A stretch of DNA of 57,586 nucleotides, counting the filler, from Basidioascus undulatus (lineage: Eukaryota): NCBI GenBank assembly GCA_000826855.1. It is 4 parts of 4 records of this genome, joined end to end, with 100 filler letters (N's around TTAATTAATTAA, not from the genome) between each part and the next. Parts side by side here need not be neighbours in the genome. Positions count along the whole stretch, not along the records: positions 48,328 to 57,586 come from JTLS01001272.1; 3 more parts are not named here. One strand, given 5' to 3'. The notes below the pieces were generated by a model. The model was given only the letters and a program-made list of their open reading frames with translations, made no database searches and was not told the DNA's origin. This document shows, one piece after another, positions 50,361 to 57,586 of the stretch (within the stretch, counting starts at the first letter, position 1; each line of letters begins with the position of its first letter). Made by a program: the position numbers and the translations under genes.

Positions 50361-51658
50361 ATGTCGGCCGACCTCCAGGCACGTCTCGACAGCGCCTACC
50401 GTCGACCGTATGGCAGGCGAAGCTGATGGGTCGCGGTGGGCGTACAGTGGCTCCTTGTCCGCAACAGCTCGTCGTTCATCCGCAAGGGTGCGGCTGAGGG
50501 CCCCATCTTCTCCGCGGAGCCGGTGAGTGCTGGCTTTCTTTTTGTTATTCACGTATGCTTGGAGGCGTGGAACGGGCAGGACGTGGGAACGGGGAGGTCT
50601 GGGATGGAGGAAATGGTCGGGTGATGCCTAGGGCGGGCTGGCGGAAGAAGGCACGGTTGGCCGGCTCGTACGGGCGATGTGCTTCTCGGGTTCTCAGGTG
50701 TTCTCACGGAGCGGCCAACGAGGACATGTTGGGATGGTGAAAGGCTGGCGTTATTCTGCCTCGGGAATGGCTGCTCCTGGGGTTGCTCCATCACTTGCGT
50801 GGACCGTCTTCTTTTGTAGCAACGCGGCTAACAACGTGTTTCCCGCTCCACAGGGCAGTACGTGACCTTGGAACATCCAGCTCTCATTCAGGCTCTTATG
50901 CTAATCTCATGTTTGGGTAGACATCGCGTCGCGTCACTCCTTCAAGTGCGTCTTCCGAGCTGCGTCCCATCCCCTTGAGATGCTGACGATACCGCCCCCG
51001 CCAGGTTCGCGACCACGATCACTTCCCAGAAGTCGGTCGGCGTTCTCGGCAACCCCACCGGCGCGGGCGTCACCGTTGTGACCCGCAAGCCCAAGGCTGC
51101 GACTAACGTCGTTGCCCCCGGCTACTCGACCCACAACATCCGCAAGGGCTCCTCCGCCCGCCGCACCTACAAGGCGGTCGTCCGCCTGACCGGCAACTAC
51201 CGCCCCGACCTGACCAAGGTAAGATCCGGATCTTGCGGAGGGACTTTGGATTTCTGTCCATCACTTCCTTGCCTCGTCTCGGAGACAACGGCTGCAGCGC
51301 GCTAGAACCCCCTGGAATGGCTTCGGTCTTTGAAAGGACGGGCGTATTTGCGCTGCAAGATCAGAGTGCTTCGTGTTCACTTTACCGTCGTCCGCCCTAG
51401 CTGCTCGCGCGGAGACGGCCATTCTTATCGAAGGACATCCCTTTCTCTTTCTTTTCCTCTTCTTCTCTTGCCTTCCCTCGTTCTCCCATCCGTTCCAAAA
51501 CGTTGACTGACACTCTCCTCTCCGTTTAGCCCGCCGTCGCCCGCGCCTCTGCCCTCCTCCGCGCTCAGCAGAAGCCGAAGGAGGTCAAGGCGAAGAAGGT
51601 CCGCGGCCGCAAGGCCAAGGCTGCCAACAAGGCCGCCCCGGTCGTCGTCGCAGAGTAA
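50361..51658 (+). CDS. RPL28: 60S ribosomal protein eL28
   Basis: Spliced: MSADLQWLLVRNSSSFIRK..PIFSAEPGNIASRHSFKF...YRPDLTKPAVARASALL. GC-AG first intron at 50379 and a 4-nt exon at 50854-50857. Confidence 0.92.
51291..51440 (+). ncRNA. Intronic box H/ACA snoRNA candidate in the last RPL28 intron
   Basis: Hairpin 1 is closed by TGCAGCGC/GCGCTGCA. Box H AGATCA at 51358-51363. Hairpin 2 has stems CTTCG/CGAAG, CCGTC/GACGG and TCCGC/GCGGA with an internal pocket. ACA at 51435-51437. Confidence 0.65.
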
Positions 51659-52167
51659 ACGTTGCGCATGCATGTATGGAGATCTCGCTATGTAGGGGGT
51701 GGTGTATGACTTGTGCCTTCTCTCGCATTTTTCCCTCACGCATGTGTGATGCTTTGACGGTCGAATAATCGCTGGCTGCGTGTGCTGCCCGTGTGTGGTC
51801 CGCCGTCTCAGCGTCTTCCGGCCCCTGATATTTTCAATCACTACGCCTGATCGTACATTATTAATATTCGGCCGTGCTTGGATAAGCATCTGCCTCCGAC
51901 GACTGGGACGGCGTCAGGGCAAGGAACAAGTTCGCGTGTCTTCGCTCATCTTCCCGGCTTTTCAACGCCTCCTCGGCTGTCTTCTACACCATATGTCTTC
52001 GACTCAGCCCATTAATACGTTCTCCCTCGTCTGTATCCCTCTTCTCCAAGCCGGTTGTGCGTGTCGTCCTCAACAGGAGTCCACGTTGATACCGGCTTGG
52101 GTGCAGTCCACCTCATTCTTTTTCTTTCTTCCGTCTCTGTTCCGCCTTTGGGCACCGTCGCACAAAG

Positions 52168-54061
52168 ATGAACAAAATCGCTCTCGCTCTCGCTTCGATG
52201 GTCGTGGAACGGATCAAGAGGGTTTTGAGGCCGTTCGGGAAGCTGGCTAGTCGAGGTGAGCCAGCGGTAGTCGCAACGGTGCCTGCTGCTACCGACCCCG
52301 AAAGCGCAGACTGCGCTTCAGAGGCGGACGACGCACCGCTGCCTGTGGTGGTGGATGAGGACAGCAAGTTCGATGATTTCGTGAGTTTCCTCCATCATTT
52401 AACTACCTATGCACACTGGGACTGACACGACGTGAACAGGAACCCTGCGCTCAACTCGAGCTTTGGTACTACACCTCCTCGGTCGAGGACTTCGGTCTCT
52501 GCCCCGTGCGACCCGAGGACGACCAAGTCCCGTTCGAGTCTGAGGTTGAGGAGTTAGAAAAGGAGGTGCGTCTCAATGTTTTTCAGTGCTGGGTGAAGTT
52601 TCGTGTCTGAGGTGTTTGCGCAGATCTACCACACGTCGACGGAGTACCTCGACTCGCATCTCGCGTCGATGCGGGATATGCGGAGGCGCATTCGAGATGT
52701 GATCGACAGCACCGATTCTCTCTGCCTTCTGTCGACAGCGCCGTGGACGGCGACGTTACGCCTCGTCCGTTCCCGCCTTGTACGCCTCGCGTTCGGCCTA
52801 CGCTCTTGGCTGAGCCCCCACGTTTGTGCATGGCCTTCCGACGCCACTGCCATCGTCTTCCGTCGATGGGAGACGGGTGGGACTCATATGGGACAGTATG
52901 GAAAAGTTTCGGACGCAGTGGGAGTGTTGGGATTGGTTTCCTTCGATGTACCTCTGCAGGCTTGCGGATGAAAACCCTGGAGACAAATTGCTCTGTTGTA
53001 CTGTCGACCGGCCTGCAAGTTTTACGAGCTGTCAAGTAATGGATACGGCGTGAAAGAACGCATAGACGGCCGTGAGGTGCGAGAGACTTGTGCAGGAAGA
53101 CAGAAAACACGTGCGAATCTGCACAGCCCGGCAGTCAAATGACAAACGAAACAGCTCGAGCCGGCCTTGCCTACGTCCACCACGTCCACCACGTCCAATT
53201 CTTCACCTCCCCGTTCAGCCCCATTCAGCCTCACCTTCGCATCACCAGAAGCGCTATGTAAGAGCCACTACAGCCTTGCTTACCTCTTACAGAGCGCTGG
53301 TGGGATGAGCAAACAGCTGACCCGCTGCTCTTTCCTATCGATGCTCTGCACAGCATGGGCACCCGCAGCTGGACCCACTTCTACAAGTGGTCACCTATCT
53401 GCAAGCATCGCCCAGAATGCTAGCTGACCATAGTCGGTTCCTATTTCGCCCAGAGCGCCCGCTGAAGGGCCCCCGGCTGCCCAAGCCTAAGATCCACGGC
53501 CACGGACCCGGCTCGGCGCGTGAGTGCCCTGAATCTTCTCTTGGGGGACCAGACTCAAAAACTCACCGACGGCTGTTACTTTCTGTTGGGGTACCACAGG
53601 AGCTCGTGGAATGGAAGTATCGCCAGTGGGATGGATACCCCTAGGGCGTCGTCCTCGAGGTGGCGAAGGACCTCGCCGCGCTTCAAGCGCGCCGGGCTCC
53701 GGCGGCGCCGACGGTCAGGGTTCTGGAAGCCTACGGGGTGGCGGACAGTCAGTTCGACGAGCCGGAGAAGGACTGGCCCACGCTCTACCGTGCGTGTTTC
53801 TTCTCGCTGCCTTTCCCCTGAGCGTTCCGGGTGGCTAATGTTTCACGCCTGGCGATCCCTTCCCTTTGCCGTAACTCAGAGGAGATGGAACTACAAGATC
53901 GACGTCTACGGCGACGGCGTCTGGATGCGTATCATCGGCGTCGACAAGGGGCATGGCAAGGGCTGGGCGGCGTCGCGCACGAGGCTGCGCCTGCCGAACT
54001 CGTCGAGTGGATCAACGACCCAAAGCGTCCCCATCACTTCCCTCCTAACGATGAGGAGTAA
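52168..54061 (+). pseudogene. Multi-exon hypothetical gene, probably degraded
   Basis: Spliceable GC3-rich exons from 52168, an in-frame TAG at 53642-53644 within a protein-like stretch, and no recognised domain. Confidence 0.35.
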
Positions 54062-55036
54062 GGGCCTCCGCGCTACCTCGCCTTGTCGCTTAGCATGGCA
54101 AGCGGACGCGTCGCTGAAGCGCCGAGCGCCCCTGCTCGATACCTCCCTCTCGTTCGCTTTATGAAAACGCACAACGACCCATGAATTTCCGATATGTTTT
54201 TACCTTGGTGTAGCTCAACATAGCTTCAAGTTGCTTTTGAGCACACCCACTGGCAATATGTCAGTATTTTCTGAGAAATACACCCAGCGGAATGAAGAAC
54301 ACGCGGGCACACATTCACGCTGTATTTACGAGCACAGTTCTGGAACATCCTATGCCGCTCTAAGGTAAGTTAAATTAGCATGGGGATAACAGAGAAGGCG
54401 ACGACCATCACAATCTTAATGTTGCGGGGGCAGCGGGGCGTGTCAGCAACGGTCCGCATCATGCCGCGTTGTACACGTTGTCCGCCTCTGCCGCGTTGGG
54501 TCCTACGGCCCGCACTCCTTCTTCCGTTTCAGAATCAGCGGAGAGTGTCTGTAGCACAGCATTTATGATTTCTTTAGGATCTCCCGACAGCCCCCGAGAA
54601 GAATTCAAGAGCTCCCGACGGCCAGGAACGGCAGATCGGTCGGGACGTGGGGTTCACTAGTCACTGTTTAAACAAGGACACCGCGTCCACTGATTACGCT
54701 CCGTCCTACTACCCTTTGTCCTTTTTCTTTCCATCCCATGACCTCGGGGGAACCTCAATAATACTCTCTTCATCTCACTTCAGCCCCTGATACTCACACA
54801 TTCGCTTCATCTCGACTTCCGGCTTTCCGCCGCAGAGCGGCGGCACGTTGCATAACCTTCCACTTCGATCCTCACTCCTCGTGCGTCTCCATTGACACGA
54901 CAGGGTCCCAGGTACACTCGACTTCAGATCAGCATCCCCTCTCGCACTTCGCTTTCTCCCTCCCTTATCGGCAACATTCGCAACGTTTTCGCGCAATCGC
55001 AGCGCCGCGCCTTCCAAATCGCAATCGCCCTGGCGC

Positions 55037-55760
55037 ATGTCCCACGTGTCCTACACGTACTTGAACTACGATCACCCTAGCCGAGAGCCCGTACGGTTCG
55101 CCTTTCTTCGAATCCAGCGCGAGAAACATTCGCTCGGAATCTACGCCGGCAAGGTCGTCATGATCGCGGGAGCGGCGGTGGTGGACGAACAGGGCGCACC
55201 GTTGCTGCTCATAGAGGTGTGCAATCCGTTAACGAGGGCAATCGGCGAGTCCTGTTATAGATCTTCTTGCTTCCCTGATCTAATGGAGATGCGGAGTTCA
55301 GCCGCGGGCAGGACAGACGTTTACGACTACGGCAGCAAGGAGAACGCGGCATTGTGGCAGCATACGTGCCGGCAAGGTATTGTCACATCTTCTCTGATTC
55401 TTTCCCTCAAAGCTTCAGGCTCACGGATTATCCTTCCCAAGATGTCTACAGAGATGTCCTCAAACTTCAAGGTGAAATTCTCCGCGTGCTCGCCGGCCGC
55501 ATCACGATTTGTCATAACCTCACTCGCGATCTTTCCGTGCGTGTTCGTAGTCTTCAACGCCCTATATATCTCTATTCCTTGCCTACGGCGCTCATCAAAT
55601 GATTTTCTTGGCTAGGAACTCGGGTTTGGATACCGAGGCCTAGGCATTTCAGCCTTCGATATCTGCGACATACCGCCAACGTCCCAGCTACGGCACAGGA
55701 TCACAAACAACCTCGGGTTCGGCAGGCTTGTTAGGAAGACGCTCGTTCAACCAAAAGGCG
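55037..55760 (+). CDS. Hypothetical small multi-exon gene or relic
   Basis: ATG at 55037 with GC3-rich codons to about 55216, followed by intron-like breaks. No motif recognised. Confidence 0.25.
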
Positions 55761-56275
55761 GAGATGCCGTAGGTTGCCCTATGGCGATTTCGTCGAGACC
55801 AAGGACTGAATTCACGCTGTTCTGCCGCGCAGTTTCAACAAGCCGTCCAGCTTGCGCAGGCGTTTCATGCTCTCGGCTGCACGCGCTTTATCGGAGGATA
55901 ACCTTGCGACGGTCCCATTCATATTCTTTAGGTATTTCCATAGTTTTACGATACTCTACTTTGTATCATTAGACAGCGATACGTCAATGCTATGCCCTGC
56001 TACGATTTGGTCCTGTACTCAATCTCGCATCTGTACCCAGACAAAGCACAGCGTGGAAACTTGCTGGCACCTAACTGCCATTATCATCATATCTATATCT
56101 GAACAAAATTGAGAGCGAGCGGTCGTCGAACGCGGTCAGTAGCCTTACAGGCGTCGACGCGGACTAAGTCTTTCCTTTGCGTTGGTCGACCTAAACGATC
56201 CACAAGTTCATGAGCGGCTTGTGACGCGAGTTTACAGATATACGACTGACATCAAGACCGGGAGGACGAGCGACA

Positions 56276-57586
56276 CTATTGAACATTACGCGAAAATCTG
56301 CTCGCCCGGTCACATGCCCAACGTCCTTCCACACCCTTCGCGAACATCTTTCCATCCTCCCCACGCCGGACCGCGAAGCACATGAGCTCCTCCTGCGGCC
56401 TCCCCCAGAGCGTCACTGTGCGCAGCGTCTGGCGATGCCTGAAATCCGCGGTTGACAGCTCCACAGGCTCCCAATGTGTGGGCTGGTCCGGCCTCACCCA
56501 GAGCGTCACTGTCCGCAGCGTCTGGCAATGCCTAGCAAGCGCCGTTGCCAGCTCCACAGGCTCCCAATGTGTGGGCTGCTCGAAGATTTCGACCTCAGTG
56601 AGGTGGATGAATAGCGGAAGCTCTTCAGCGAGAGCTGTTGCCGTGGCCTGTACGAAGATGGAAAGGTAAGTAAGGGATTCGGAGAAAACAAGGCAATGCC
56701 ACTGAAGAAGCACCGACTAACAAGCTCGGCTTCCTTCGTACTCCCGTCCATGACATAAGCAACACGGAGCCTTCGAGCTGTGGGCACGCCGCCGCGATGC
56801 GCTCAAAGACGCGGCGGTCCGGTAGGGGAAAGGGAAAGGGACCGCCGTCGAGTAGGAAGTTGATCTCGAGCGCGACGAGGTTCGGTGCGAGGGCCAGAGC
56901 GTTGCTGAGGCTGTCGACGAAGCTCAGCCGGTACATGTGCGAGCCCTCGTTGGAGTGATCCCAGTCGTTGTTGCCGTCTTCGATTCTGAGACCGTCGAGC
57001 ATGCCGATCACGATGATCTCTCTCAGCGCGTCCCTCTGAGCGCCGTCCTCGAACAGCGCCTCGACGTTCTCGCGCACGCTCTCGATGCGCTCGAGTGCGG
57101 ACAGCGTGCCCGGTGATACCGACGAGCGGGACGGGCGCATCGAAGCCGTGGTCCGAATCGGTTATGCGGAGCCGACGGAGAGTAGGGTGGGCGGCGAAGA
57201 ACTCCTGCGCAGACTTCGCAGGCCCGAACTGCATCGAATAGTAGTCCCAGTCCAAAGACGGGTCTTGGTCCAATTCCGCGTCGCTGCATTCAGCCCTCGA
57301 GCGTGAGATCTGCGAGCGCCGGCCAGCGAGCGGAGAGGAAGAGCGACGTGATGCTCGCTGTGTCAGCTCTGGGGCCCTCGCCGAATCCCTCGACGTAGCG
57401 GAGACAGAGCGTGAGGTGCGTGAGATGGACGTTGGCCGTGAGGAAGTCGAAGAGAGAGGTTGTGTACGGGTTCTCGTTGCCAGGATACGCTGTGCATGTT
57501 CCGAATATTAGGGTTCCCAGCTCTGGAAATAGGTGGTATCACACGAGAACTTCACCTTCATGCATGTGCTCTTGGGTGGTGATGGA
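56276..57586 (-). pseudogene. LRR/F-box-associated protein relic, 5' part outside the window
   Basis: HLTHLTL, HPTLRRLRI, APNLVALEI, ACPQLE and CQTLRTVTL repeats across shifting frames with a stop near 57290. Confidence 0.55.
56397..56578. repeat. 93-bp tandem duplication (two copies)
   Basis: On the minus strand it encodes QPTHWEPVEL...QTLRTVTLW twice. Confidence 0.9.

Noticed and set aside
50655..50730. Second snoRNA in RPL28 intron 2 (GTTGGCCG/CGGCCAAC hairpin followed by ACA)
   Set aside because: No properly placed box H or convincing second hairpin was found.

Overview
GC-rich, intron-dense eukaryotic DNA, most consistent with a basidiomycete fungus (short GT-AG introns with GTGCGT/GTGAGT/GTACGT donors and CTGAC/CTAAC branch points). 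The window is not one contiguous locus. Three identical 100-nt linkers (44 N + TTAATTAATTAA + 44 N) join four separate contigs: 1-29486, 29587-38859, 38960-48227 and 48328-57586. Housekeeping genes recognised by manual splicing are a mitochondrial double HMG-box protein (ABF2-like), RAD17, YIF1, a sugar porter, GatB/PET112, LSM5, KIN1 kinase, PCNA, EFR3 and RPL28. Accessory or decaying content includes: a secreted repeat protein with dibasic processing sites built by exon+intron duplication; a divergent pair of pseudogenes (HOL1-type MFS and cytochrome P450); a 730-bp symmetric insertion in an MFS intron; a relic duplicate of the sugar porter; a chimeric half serine dehydratase; a DUF4436-like gene; an AT-rich STU1/CLASP fragment; a stand-alone tandem-chromodomain gene; an intronic H/ACA snoRNA candidate; and F-box/LRR-like relics. 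All calls come from reading the sequence and remembered family motifs. No database searches were run.
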